In this document: positions 36,869 to 50,059 of the stretch, in pieces | How the letters are laid out: each line of letters begins with the position of its first letter | Position numbering within the stretch: the first letter of the stretch is position 1 | NCBI GenBank assembly: GCA_025558095.1 | Contig: JAIVFI010000002.1 | Span: forward strand, 434,001-498,000 | DNA: 64,000 nucleotides | From: Hyaloraphidium curvatum SAG 235-1 | Taxonomy: Eukaryota; Fungi; Monoblepharomycota | Direction: 5' to 3' | Program-made: the position numbers and the translations under genes | The notes under the pieces: model-generated | Told to the model about the DNA's origin: nothing | Databases searched by the model: none | Seen by the model: only the letters and a program-made list of their open reading frames with translations

Positions 36869-39800
36869 CTAGATACGAAGGACAAGCTCCAAAATCCGCT
36901 GCAACGGCTGCGTCACCACCTCGTAGACCAGGCGCGGCACCTTCTCCTTCGTGACTCCGAGGTACTCCAGCCATTCTGCCGGGGTAGCATCGCCCATCAC
37001 CCGCAGCTGGGGCTCGAACTTGACCGGCCCGGTGGCCACGAAGCGCAGGATCGCCAGGTCATCCGGCGCCTCCTCGACGGCGGCGGTCCGGGGTGGTCCA
37101 CTCGTTGGCTCCTCCGCAGTCTCGGCCGACGCATATGCAACGTTGTGCCCTTGGCCTGCATCCAGATGGGCGTTGCCTGCGCGGAGGGCTTTCAGGTAAA
37201 GGTTGCCTAGCTCCATCAGATACTTGTAGAGGGAGAAATTCAAGGCCACGTCGACCGGTCCGGAGAAGTCCGCGTCGAATGAGTACTCGACTGTCCCGAT
37301 TGCCCGAAGAGCAGCAGATCGAAGCATCATGGCGAATGCTGGCAATACGAGGATGGGGATCGACCTGAACGATTCCGTGTGCCGAAACCAGGCGCTGTTT
37401 GACCACGACCTTTCCTCAGACGTGCCGACGGGCCTTGCCGCCGCCTTGGCAACACGGAGGGTCGCTAGCGACACGGCCGTGCTGTGGCGGCGCGTGCCGG
37501 GCTCCGAGTCGCGATGCTGTGCCTGCAAATCCAGCACAAGCTTCGAAAGCGAGGAAATTGCGCAGTCCAGATCCCGGAAATTGTAACCGAAAAGAACGAC
37601 GAACCCATTCCGGACGACGGCACAGACACGTCCTGCAGAGTCGCCAAGAATGTCTGGGGGGCGTGCATCTTTCGGTCGTTCACTCAAGCTCCGATGTGCA
37701 GCTTCTGCCCCGGAGAAGCCAAAGGATGTCTCGCTCGGCACGCTTCCCAAGCCCGCCGACATCGCTTTGGAACGGACGTAGGCCCGCTTTTCTCCCACCA
37801 GACCAGTGACTTTGCGGAGCACGTGGGTAATGGTGGGAAACGATCTCCTGGAAGCCATGGCTCTGAGTGATCCCAGAACACCGGCAAAGTCGGCTGCCAG
37901 TGGCGCACGAAAACCTCCCCCTCGAGCTTCACGGAGCATTGAGGCGCTCAAAAAAGACAAGTCCAAGATGATGATCCGTTCAAACTGGTACTCCAAGCTG
38001 CACTCCGCCCCGAGCATCTGGAAAAGCACTAGCAGGTCGCCCCCGAAGGAGTCAGGGATTCGAGCCGAGAGAAGCATGTTCGAACAGAAGTTCACGGCCT
38101 TGGCCTCCATATGTCCCGAAAGACGGCCTTCTGACCTCATCGCAATCGAGGTTGCCGAAAAAAGCCCGGTATGTCGCAGCTCCTGCGGAGTTTCTGACCG
38201 AACATAGTCGAGCACAGCATCGTTCACCGACCACGACATGTTGCCAATCGAATGACCAAGCTCCGCAGCCAATTGGACAGAGCGGATCCTTACGATCACT
38301 GAAACAGACATGGAAGCTTGCGGCGGCGAAGCATTGGAGTTCCGCTCCGGATCCGTTGCGTCAACGTTCAATGCATTGAGCGACGCGGACGCAATTCTCG
38401 GTTCGGAGATCAGCTTCTGACGTCCGCGACTGCTTCCCGCAGTAAGAGAGGCGAGAGAACCTAGCACACGAGATTGCCGCCGCGCATGACCAGGATGTAG
38501 GCTCAAATCATGCGCAACGCGTCCTCTGTCACCATGTCCCGGTGGGCTCCAGCATCTCTGCAAGAACATCACGTCTTGCAGATGCCTGAAGTTCAGTCTT
38601 CCCGTGATGACGGGTATACCAATCAAAACAGAACTTTGCACCATCCCGTTTGATGGCGTGAGAGCTAGATTGAAAGTAGACGGCCCCACCGTGCCGTTAA
38701 ACGAATCCTCCGAGGCGTATCCGTGACGCACGCGGCATGCGACAGGCCCCAACTTCAATGTTGCAGACGTCGATAACCGGGAAATTCCGTCGCGCGTGAG
38801 GAACAGAAGAGCGTCCGAACGGTCTATCTCCATTGTGCCTGTAACTCTGGATAGCGGTTGGCATGTTAAATCCACGCGGGTGGTGTCCAGACGGAGGAAG
38901 ACCGATATCGTATCGTGCTCCTCGCCCACGCGAACGATGGCTTCGAGACTCTTGGGCAGCTCGCTAAATGAACTACGGGGGTCAAGGTGCTCCCTCCGTA
39001 CTGTAATCTCCCGGGCGTTAGCTGAAAGAGAATCTGGCGCTGTCCAAGCTGTGGATGCGGCTGTGGCAATCTCCGCCACAAAGGGAACAATTGAAGGGAA
39101 AAGAGTGTTCTCGCTCCTTGCAACGACAAACTCCACGTGCATGCGCCGACGAAGATCCTCGCGCTCCTTGAAGGGTGTTCTGCGCTTGAGGGCGTTCTCT
39201 GAGCGCACCGTGAGAGAGAAGGACGGCACCGAGAGCATGTGCGTTCCAGGCTCGCTGCTTGAAGTGTCAGTATGTGGAGGTGTCGACGGCGTTGCGCTCC
39301 ACTAGCCTTTGCAAACTCGAGGCATTCGAGGGTGGGTGCTTCGCGCCAGACAAACGTTTCGGATGGATGCGCACAGATCCGCCGCGCTCAAAGAGAAAGG
39401 CCGCGCGCACATTCAGCAGCAACGGCGGTTGGTTGACTTCCATGGAATCGGCCGTGCCCTTCTCTTCCTTTGCGGAGTCTGGGCGGCTTCGGGGGAGAAC
39501 CTGAAGCATCCGGAGCCTGCTGGACCGCCAAACCGCGGCCATGGCGCTGACATGACGAGCCAGGGTCGAATCGAGATCTGCATCAAATCCTCCGACGGAA
39601 CCATTCGCGACTAACAACTGTCCGGACGAGTCCCGCCTCACGTCCACGTTGCCTCTTATCTCGGGAATGCGGAGACGATTCCGGTTGAGCGACCCACTAT
39701 GTGCCGACGGATGGAAATGCTTCTCGTTGGTGACATCGAAACCGGCAACGAACTGGAGGCAGAGACTCCGTATCACTGCTTGGTTGATGTCCAAGTTCGC

Positions 39801-42800
39801 GCTTGTGAAGGTGACACTATCGATCGACGCAAGGAACGCACCGACACTGGCGTGTTTCGAGGGTTTCACGCCGGTGTCGCGGCTGTTGCCCGAGCTCAGC
39901 TGGCCCTCAATTGGAACGGCGGCCGCAACCCTGGCCATGTCCAAGACAACCACCTTGTTGCGGAACAGAGAGCCGGATGGCTTCGATGTCTTCGTCAGGT
40001 CTACGTCCATTGAGCGCAAAAAGAGCGTCGTGCTCTCGCGGAGCTTCTCAATATCCAAAGCTCGCTGCATCCTTCGCCGATCGAGTTCCATTGAGTAGAA
40101 GAGCCCGAAATCAAGAACGGTGCTGACCGCTGAAGGTTGCATAACGACCTGCAGCTTTTTGACGCACGCACGGAACGGTTCCAGATCCCGGCCTGAACCG
40201 ACCATGGCGGAGTCCAAGTTACTCAGCCACAAATCCGATGCGATGGTGGCCAGTTTCGTGCTCTTCAATTCGCTTTTCAGCGCCTCGTCGCTTGCTGACC
40301 CGCCGTTTTCCGGAAGGTATTGTAGCACATCCAGAACTAAACCGTCGGCAAAAGCCTTCCAGTATAAAGGCAAATGCGAGTCCGCAGTTGATAGTGTGCC
40401 GAGCTTGGCGAGCTCTCCGCGTTGATTCGTCACAAAGCCCCCCAATACTCCGGAGCCAATCAAAACTGCCGCAGAAGGGGAGGAGGCTTTCACAAGCGGT
40501 CGCTCCAACGCGACCTTCAAGGCAAAGTCTGGACGGTGCGTGGCTGCGCCTTTTGTCTTCATTGCGAGCTCAGCCTGAGGTCGCCTTCGAGCAACAATGA
40601 AAGCCTCAACAAGGTCGTTGATTTCATTGCCCACAACCGACTGAGCCGTCAGCAAATCGTCGATGATATCAGCACTCAATGCGGAGTATAGGGATTCGAC
40701 CGCAAAATAGGCATTCACGAATCCTGCTGGCGACCCAGACGTCTGCGGCTCAGCAAAGGAACTGTAGCCTCCGATCGACGGAAGGGAAAAGCCGGGTTTC
40801 CTGGCGCCTCCAACGGAGGACTGCGTGCTGGGCCCAACCATAGAGGTGTCCGCCACAGAGGTCCTGGTCTCAAAGCGACATCCCTGCCGCGAAATCCGGA
40901 AGGCAAAACGCCAGGGACTAGGCCCGATGTCCGCAAAAGATAGGACGTCCGCGACGTCGTACAGCACCCGTAGTTTCGACAAGACGTCAAGGTTCATTTT
41001 CAACGAACGAAGTGAAGCCTGGATTCGAAAATGCGATGTTGGAGGCTGCGCTTTCTTTTCGACCAAAAAACGATCGGAACCTTTGGCTCGACTGTTGTCC
41101 AGCTCCTTGAAGACGTCCTGGATCAAAAAACCGTAGCGCGGCAGCTTCTCGTCCCGCCAGTTCTCCACGAATGCATGAATGCCGAGCAGGCTCTCCGGCA
41201 TATCGACCACCACGGATTGCAACGCAACTACAACTGCCAGAGGATCTATGCTCGTATCCAGGGTCGGGCCGGGCGTTGCGTTCACCATGAGCTTAGTCAG
41301 AAGCGCGGCAATCAATTGCCGAGACGAATCCGTTGGTTCCGCCCGGTAGGATCGTTCCACGAGGGAGCAGCGCACCTGATCGACCCGACCGAACACGGTT
41401 TGCCCGACCATCGGCTTCCGCGTCGAGAAGGTGGTTGATCGTGAGTGAAGACTGGGAGATTCGCGCACCAAACACGCGCTCCAGGATGTTATCCGTATCT
41501 GGGCAATCGCGTTCTGGGCAGAAGCCGTGACAACGAACGTGCCAACGTTCACAGTTCCATGCAAAGATGCAAAAGACATCGGATCCGAGTCGAGCTTGGG
41601 CGAATCATGGCTTCCATCTGCAGAAGCGTCCCCTTGTAGCAGAATCTGGCTCCGCCGTCGCCGCTCTACTTGGCGAAGTGATCCACCAACGGACAACGTG
41701 TGCATTGTGTGCTTTAAGAAAACTAGCACGTTCGGATTCAAGGAGACGCCAATCATGCCCACAGACCCGTGAATGACGATGTCTGGAGCGACAGGGGCCA
41801 AATCCGCCAAGGAGGAATCCGAAACGGATGCCCTTCCGTCCAAGCAAACAGGTCCCAGGACGACCGCATTGTCGTCGTTCTGAAAATCAAAAGCCGTAGC
41901 TCCGAACTTACCAATCTGCAACCCCATGAACGTTGGCCGCGATCGGATCACCTCGAAAAGCCATTGTCCAGGTGCACGTGAAGGCTTGGCGCCCATCAAA
42001 CTGTCAGGTCGGAGAATGGCCAGTGCGTCACCCCTCAACAAAACCCGAAATGCATCATCAGAGAGCTTCGAAACCTCCACGAACTTCGAATCGAGAAATT
42101 TCGGAGATAATGAATGGAACTGGAATCGCAGTCCGTGGAAGATGCGCCAAGTATCGTTGCCGCGTTCACCCCGGTGAGGAAAAGGCCATAAAGGCGCCGG
42201 ATAAGAGAAGAACGTGGCTTCAACGGTTCTGCCATCGTCGCCGCCGGCGCCGAGTGCTGCCAGCAGCTGGATCCTGGAATGCGTCTGGCGTGCACGGTGT
42301 TCGGAAAGCATGGACGACAACTCTTCCGTGAAGGCCATCCACGGTCGACTCGCACCGTAAAGGATCTCGAGGGTCTGATTTACCGCGCCAACTCCAATCC
42401 CCGAGATGCGTGAATGGAGATGGTTCGCTGCACCAGCCCCGTCTTCTCGCAGGGATGCAGAAACTGCAAAGCTCTCCGTGAAAGCGTCGAGAAGGACGGG
42501 AGCACCGTCATCATCGTCCGCATGATGTTTAGGCTCTCGGAGATGCTGTTTTGCTGCAGGCAATCCCGGCAGACGGGCATCACGCGCAAAGTCCGCAAGA
42601 CGAAGGCTGAGACAAAGAGAGCCCAAAAGGAAATCGATCTCGATCCCGACACGGGGAAAGGGACGAGGCTGATCTTCCATGGCGCGGCGGATCAATCGGA
42701 GGCGGAGAGAACTAAGCACAAGAACCGCGTGAGACGGCACTGTCCGTTCCCCCCCAGGACTATGCTCAACGAAGGAGTCGAAATCATCAGGTAGGAACAG

Positions 42801-45800
42801 CTTCTGCGCGAAGTGAAGCCTCGCCGCCGGCAACGAGACCACAAAGTCGGTTGTGTGCATGCTTCCAAAACCCAAGCTTGGGGTAGGGAGCCCATATTCA
42901 AGCTCATCCATTTGAAGCTCTGGATCGTTTGAGCTCTGGGGCAGTAATCGTTACCACGGTGGCTTCAGGGTTCAACGTCATCTAACCTCTCGATCGATAG
43001 AGTCCAAGATGTCCTGCACAAGCTCGAGGCAAGCAGGAATGACGAGCACTTCGTTCGCCTGGCCAAAGCGTAAATGAACCGTTTTCTTGCCCTCCCCCCG
43101 TTCCGGAGTTTCAACAGTGAACGCGCTAGCGTCACCACCACCTTCCCTCCACTCATTTGGCCGCCCAGTATACGCCTGTGCACCGATTGCACCATCCCTA
43201 GCAGCCCCCTGCAAAATGCGTTAGCTCTGATTGCCAGAAGCATCGAGTTACCAACCAGAAAGCGAAGGCTCCAAGAAGCCCTGGGAACGCTTCGAGCCAA
43301 TCCGAGCTGGAAGCGACGACCAAAAGTTCTTAAAGGGACGGGCTTCGATGTAGATGCATTGGCAATGGCGAGTTGAATGCCCTCGAGCTCCGCATTGGGC
43401 ATCGCACGCAGAGGCCTGGATGCGCGGTGCAGAGAAGTCAAGGGACGTAAGCTTAACGCCGAGCACGCTACTTACGATTCTGTGTCCGCCGTTGCAAGTG
43501 GTTCCGAATAAGTGTAAAAGTTTGCGCTGTCGGATTTTGCAGCGAACTCGATCGCAGAGGGCCATACCAAGGGCTCTGAGAAGGATGTGTCTTCCGCTGT
43601 GCTCCGACCCGTAAGACCAGCAGCCACCGCGAAAACGTTCATAGACCCACCGAGTCGCAAATTGAACGGTGGCAAGTAGAAACGCGAGGGCAGGTCCCGG
43701 CGCTCTTGGGCTTGGTTTCAGTGCCCTGCCCTTCCGACCCTAAGCCCACGTGACTTACCTTCTACATTCTCCCGGTAGAAAGGACGCACTCTGCTTGTCT
43801 TTACATCCTGCGCTTTGAGAAAACTGCGCTGGCGGTCCCAGAAGGCTTCCCAGTCGGGCCGATGAACATTATGCCGCAAAGAGAAGCCGCTTTCGATCCT
43901 TGCGACTTCGATCCAGGGGGCGAGCTTGTGCCAGTCCTGACGTGACGTACGGCTTCGAATCAATTGGAACAACAAATGCAGACCGGCGGTGCTCACGCTA
44001 GTCTCAACCCCTCCATGCATATCACTGTCCGAAAAGGTTTTCAGGCTGAGCAACAGCACCGGAATGCCCATAGTGATCGATCGTGTGCCCCGTGAGCTAG
44101 CAAGGTCGTGCGTGTGGAATCCGATTCCCCGAACCAGCTCCAACGATGAAATACTGCTCCAACCCCATACACACGCCTCAATCCTTTCCACCACAAACTC
44201 CAAAGAAGTGACGTCGAGAAGCTCAGGGTACGGCGTGCAGAGGTTGTCCAGGTCCAAAAACGTCTTGCGGAATGCCTTCAGCGCCGAGACCATTCGCAAG
44301 GAGCACGCAATGGAGGACATGGTGACTACGGAAGCGCAACAGATGCGCCAATCGATGGCGTAGACCGTCGCATTTGGCTGCGGTCCAAAAGAACGATGTC
44401 CCCGGACAATTAGGCCTGAAGGACGTAGCGAACGTGGTGAGCGCGGCGAACAGCGCGTGCATGAAAACCCACTTTCCAAGAACCAATGATCATGAACCGG
44501 AATCTTTACAGCGTTCAACGCCTGCTGAGAGGGCTTAGCTTCGTGGACGGTGACGTGTTTGCAAAGAAGAGTGAGATCTGCAGCAGCGGCACGTTTGGAA
44601 CGATAAGGCCCGCGCGGAGCTAAGAGACGACGAAATCCCACCTTGGTAATGCTCAAAGTTGCGGTTATCGAGCAGAAAACATGGTGCCGCGAGGGTAGCT
44701 CCATGCTCCCCCGAGTATAGGGCACTTGGCAACAACACGGTAGGCCGATCCAATGCGACCGAAATACGCACGTCCGTCGTGTTGCTGGCCATGGATGCGT
44801 CCTGCAAAGCCTTGACCTTGCGCCGCAAGGTGGGGTTTGCGGAGACTATGCGATAATCTTCCGCCAAAAAGAAGGTCGTATTTGGTCCCACGTAGTTCTC
44901 CTTCAACCAGATGAGATACCGCATGAGAAAGCCGAACGAAGTGAGGTTGAGCCCGACAGCCTGCGTGTTGCGCCGCGAATGAGCCGCACATGTCTGCCCA
45001 GGCCAGAAGATTCCTACCGCAATTCGCAGTGAGATACTGTCCCAGGTGCTGGCGTTGGCCTCTCGGCATAGAAGCCACATGATTTGCATTTCCATGCGCT
45101 GTGCGTGTGCAACCCGGCAACGAGAGTCCGGAATGTACGAACCCAGCGTGCTCCACTTGGGGAAGCTGATGCCTAATGTCAGGTCTGCCGACTGAACTCC
45201 GGCATAAATGAGCATGTTAAAGCAGCTGGGCGGCTTGAAGCGCACCTCAACAGTGATAGGGTATGCTTGTAGGACAGGGGCCAGCCGCCCGAAAGGCAAA
45301 CTGAAACTCCATCTCAGTTGGGGCCCGCTGAGGCAAAGGTAGACTAAGCGGACTATCAGCGTCGGATTGCTCAGTGCAGCGACACAATTCCAATTCAACC
45401 CAACCATTATCTGCCAAGGAGTTTGGGTGGTCGATCACGTTGCTTTCATTGGCACAAAGGAAAAGCTCGAACGGCTCGAATGTGAAGCTGAGCTTGTAGA
45501 CAACGGGAATGAACAAATCTGGGTCCGATCCTGGATTGCTGGACCAATCTTTGGCCACATCCACTAGCAAGGCAACGTGATCACGGAGGAGCCACGCTTG
45601 GCAAGAGCGCAACGAAACAGCAATGCTCCACTCCCGCTCTTGGTTCCAAACCAACGGTCCTGGCATGGTTACCGCAATCTAGCGAGCAAAGCAGGGCCCG
45701 TGAGGCATGGTAAACACAAAAGCGATGAGGTGAAAACCTACCTGAGCTTCGGCGCCGCTCAGCCAAACAGCATAATTCACGCTGGATGTGAAGTTCGGAT

Positions 45801-47631
45801 TCAAGATGTGGGCTCGGACGCTCGAAACGTATCCAAGATCTCCGTTTGTGAGCGGAAGAGTCCATTGGACGCTCGAGCCATCGGTGCATCTTAAGTCAAG
45901 CCAACCGAAGGGTCTCTCTGCACGTCGAGAAGATGCCCCAAGATCCATCTCGCCGAGCGTATCGCCAGGGAACTTCCAGTCCTGCAATAGACGATGAACC
46001 TGAAACGACAAAGCACCGGATAACCGTGGGCGGCTCACCTTGCTGTGCTGTTGAGTCGGGATTCGCCACAACGTATCGCCGAGAAAGGTGAGCCGCGCCA
46101 CGAAATCTTCGAACCTGCGCAGATGGGGAGCCTGTAGCTCTGTCTTCTGCTGGTTACGGAACGTGGGCGGGAAAAAAAAGCGCTGCAAAGAAGTTCTGGA
46201 GCGCCGGTGAGAATGCGGTGACCTGCAAGCGGAAGAGGATACCTTTGCCGATCGGCCCATGGTCCATAGTGGACTTCGTTGTTGGTGGCGACGAGTGCAA
46301 CATTCCAATCGGCACGCTCCACCCCCCGCTCAATGGGATTAGTCACATCAAGCAAGTCCATGGTGTGATCCACAAGAAGCTTCCTCGTGGAGAACACGTC
46401 AGACACGCGCGCATATTCCCCCCTCAGATTGTGCTCGCCACTGCCTCCGACTGCTTCCTGATATCGAGAAAGACCACCCCATTCCGAATCGGCTTCCGCA
46501 GAACCACCGCCAGAAGGTCCACCCGGGAAATGTACTCCAACCAGAAAGCCGAGAGCACGGTCTCGGAAGGACAAAACACTGCCGAGTTTCGTGAACTGCG
46601 GGAGCGACCTGATCGGCCCATGTCCAACTCACTGGTGCTCGACTGTCCCGTTATCCGGCTTGGCTACTCCGCGACGTCCGTTCGCATCTACGTTCGGCCG
46701 AAAGGAAAGCTTGGCACGTTCGAACTGCACCTCATGGCGCGTCCGAAAGGTCCCAGGGAATTGGTCGACCTGAGTGACGAATCGTTGATACGGCATGCAT
46801 CCCGGAAGCGCGTGCGAAACAGACCTCCTGAACCCGATACACTCCTTGTGCGCTCTCGAACTGAAATGTCAAGATCGAGGGAAGGCTTGGATTGCCCACG
46901 ATGACCGCACCCGTTCGGAGCGCCGCGTCCAGAGGCAGGTACCACGGACGATGAAAGCTCTGCCGCTTCTCATCCGAGCGATGCGGAGAGCCTCCCTCAC
47001 CTCCCGAACCAGGACTTGACGTCCTCTGGGCGGAATTGTCTTCTTCCGCAACCAGCAGCTCATCAATGAACCAGTAGACCGACGTCCGGTTGTAAATGAA
47101 CCACTCGATGCCCTCGACGTAAACCCCCAGCCGGCACGGGGTATTTCCGATGCCGAGACCTTCTTCCTCGTTGCCCCGAGACTTTGAAATCCAGTATCGC
47201 AGGACGAGGTAACCTCGGAATGCAGCCCAAGTTTGATCCCTGGTGACGATCCTCAGATTCCGGAAAAAGATTCGGCCGCTCAACGGAGCAAATATGAACG
47301 ATTCTGACGCAAACGTGGTGAGAACAAGGAGCTGAAAGGGTCGCGAGACGGCCCACCGCATTCCACCGAAACGCGGAACCTCTTCCACGTGTAGATTGAA
47401 ACCAGCCGGAACACGATTTGCGCGGCCAAGCGATGCGCGTAGAAGAGGACGAAGAGAGTCACGCTCACGACCACCATGCAGAAGACGAAGAAGGACCAAA
47501 ACGCGACTTCCGGGTCTTGGATTGGGGCGTGGCCGCGGTCCGGAGTTTCGCGGAGGACCGCCGTGAATTGCGGCGCTTCGTCCGACCGAGCACGTCTGCC
47601 TACCGCCATAATAGCTTGTCACGGAGGACAT
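36869..47631 (-). CDS. CSF1: Bridge-like lipid transfer protein Csf1/BLTP1 (KIAA1109-like), multi-exon
   Basis: N-terminal TM followed by LFYAHRL..VSIYTWK, FAPLSGRIFFRNL..GYLVLRYW, EGIEWFIYNR, VHYGPWADRQ..LQRFFFPP; C-terminal FEPQLRVMGDATP..EYLGV. About 10.7 kb. Confidence 0.88.
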
Positions 47632-47838
47632 GGCCTCCGTCCTGCGTCCCCCGGTCGCGACCGGGGGTAGTGCACTTCAAGGTCTCATTGGGTGATTGGG
47701 CGACCTGAACGCGCTTAATGGACGATCCCGTGCCCTTCCCCTATTTCCAGAGCCTTCCACTACACTCTGTGCGACTCTGTGGCTCGATACTCTTCACGAT
47801 ACCTTCACGTATTCCGAGGGTCGGGCTGAAGCGCACTC

Positions 47839-48508
47839 CTACGAACGTCCCCGGAAGCCCCCTCCGCCCCGGCCACCGCCCCGCCCAGTGCCCCTCCCGC
47901 CTCGCGGACTCCCACGGCCTCTTTCAGTGCCGAAGCCTCCGCGTCCACGACCGCGACCGCGTCCCCGGTCGCCGAAACCTCCGCGCCCGCCGCGCCCTCC
48001 CCGCTTCTGCACCATGCCCTGCAATCCGGTCGGTTTGTCCGCTGCCAGGAAACGCGCGTTCACACGGCGAAAAGATTGGCAAGCGCGGCAACTCACGCTT
48101 GGGACCCGTTGTAGGCTTCGGGAGAAAACGTTCCAATGGCAACAGCTTGTCCGGCGCAATGTACACCCTGTCCTCCGCTTTGAAGGAAGTCGCGACAAAG
48201 CCGTCCGACAGTTTCACCGTGAAGAACACTTCGTTCAGGGGTCCTAGGATCTCGTCCACTTTGCCGATCTGCGACTTGTTTTCCAGGTAGATGGGTGCGT
48301 TGAAGTAGGGGACCTTGGAGTTGGTGGACTTGCAGACCATCTCGCCCTCGCACGCGTGCATGTACCGTCCCATTTCCAGCACCGAATCCGGCGGGCCGGC
48401 GTTGAAGCTCTGGAACCCGCCGCGCCCGCCGCGGCCCGAGCCACGGCCCCGGTCGCTGCCGCCACGGAATCCGCCGCGCCCGCGCCCTCCGCCGCCTCGC
48501 GAGCTCAT
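47839..48508 (-). CDS. GAR1: H/ACA snoRNP subunit Gar1
   Basis: RGG repeats flanking [54 protein letters not shown]. Confidence 0.97.
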
Positions 48509-48638
48509 GATGCGCTGACCGGAGGCCCGAAATGAGGCCTGGGCGAGCGATGCGTCGGCAGGGAAAGGGAATGGAGTAAACAACTTCAGGAGCGTCCGCC
48601 GTGCGTCCGCACTGCACAAAAGACTGGACCTTTAGCAA

Positions 48639-49366
48639 ATGGCGGAGCACGACACGCTCCTGGAATTCTTGGAGGTCCTCATTCACCAGATTCTCTATAC
48701 TCGCGGCGTTTATCCTTCAAGCATGTTCGAGAGGCGACGGAAATGGAATGTGCCCGTCTGGCAGAGCAGGCATCCGGAGCTCAATTCCTATGTTCGGGAG
48801 ACACTACTTGCCTGCGCGGGCGACCTCGAGAAGGGGAGGATCGCCAGGACCCACATCCGTTTAATCGATCGCGACGGAAGCGTGCTGGAGACCTTCAGCC
48901 TCAGCATTCCGAGCGGAGCGCCGACTTTTGGGACCGATCAACTGTACGTGAAGACCGGACGTCAGGGGGCTTTGTCGCTGACGTTCTTCGCAGTGCCGCG
49001 GACGACTTGGAGATGGATTTCGCTACGGCCTGCCAGAAGATAGCCCTTTTGGCACCGAGGGCCCCGAACGTCATGCGCGGAGACCGAAGAGGTCCTGCAG
49101 CCACGGCGCGCTTGTCGGCTGTCACCGACGACCAGGGTTTGGAAGCAGACCGAAGGCATGTTTCTTGGGCGTTCGAGGTGGATATTCGCGACCGGCCGAA
49201 GGGGGAGGCGTTCGACGACTTACTTGGTGCGGAGCGAGTGTATGTGCCGATACCATCGAGGCCCATGGTTCGGACGAGTCGCACCACAGTGTTCGCGGGA
49301 CGGATCGCACCCAAGCGTGGGGTGGCGGCTGCGGAGCTGATGTGGACGATCCATAGTCACGACTGA
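48639..49366 (+). CDS. REV7: HORMA-domain protein Rev7 (Pol zeta subunit), multi-exon
   Basis: LEFLEVLIHQILYTRGVYPSSMFERRRKWNVPVWQSRHPELNSYV. Confidence 0.85.
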
Positions 49367-50059
49367 CGTACTGCAAGGCACTAGTCTTCGATCTCATGAA
49401 TAAAACATCAGCGAAAGAAGGCATACGGAGTCCAGAGGTCTGGAAGTCTTCCCAGACGGCATTGCTACTTTTGCCAAGTTTGGTCGCGCAACATCAAATG
49501 TTCCGCGACCCCTGCAAGTGAGGTTAGCGGAACAGGAAGGCAGCCAGGTTGGTTAGCACTGCAGCGAGAGCTTGTGTTGCTGGACTGCATGGATAGGATA
49601 TCCAGCGCCGTAACTGAGGTTGCCGGGTTGCTGCACATCAGAACCGTTGGCAGTGCCAGTCCAACGTCCACTCCGTCGTTCAGTGACTGGATGAGTAATC
49701 GTCGAAACTCGGATTGCTGCTGGTGGATCTTGCGTAGACTTTGCGAGTTTCCGCTTCACCTCTCAGCCAGAAAGCTACCAGACCTGCACTGCTCAGGGCG
49801 GGCCGGAGAGCGGCGCGGATGATGGAGGGCACGGAGGGAGCCGGCCTCACTGCAGGTCCAACTTGGCCCTCATGTCACAATCCAGTCGTGTGCCGTGCGA
49901 TATGCTGCACCCATGGGGCCGCAAATCCCACAACCATCGCAGTGATTTGTTCCGGGTGTATGTGCGGGGGCTGGGGAAGGAGCACTGCCAATAGGACTCT
50001 TGTGACATACTGTTTCGCATACTGTCCCTCATGCACAACTGTGACTGTGGCTACCGGAT

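Noticed and set aside
49465-49830. Short ORFs after REV7 (and at 55033-55341) as genes
   Set aside because: No recognisable motifs or coherent gene structure; treated as possible debris.
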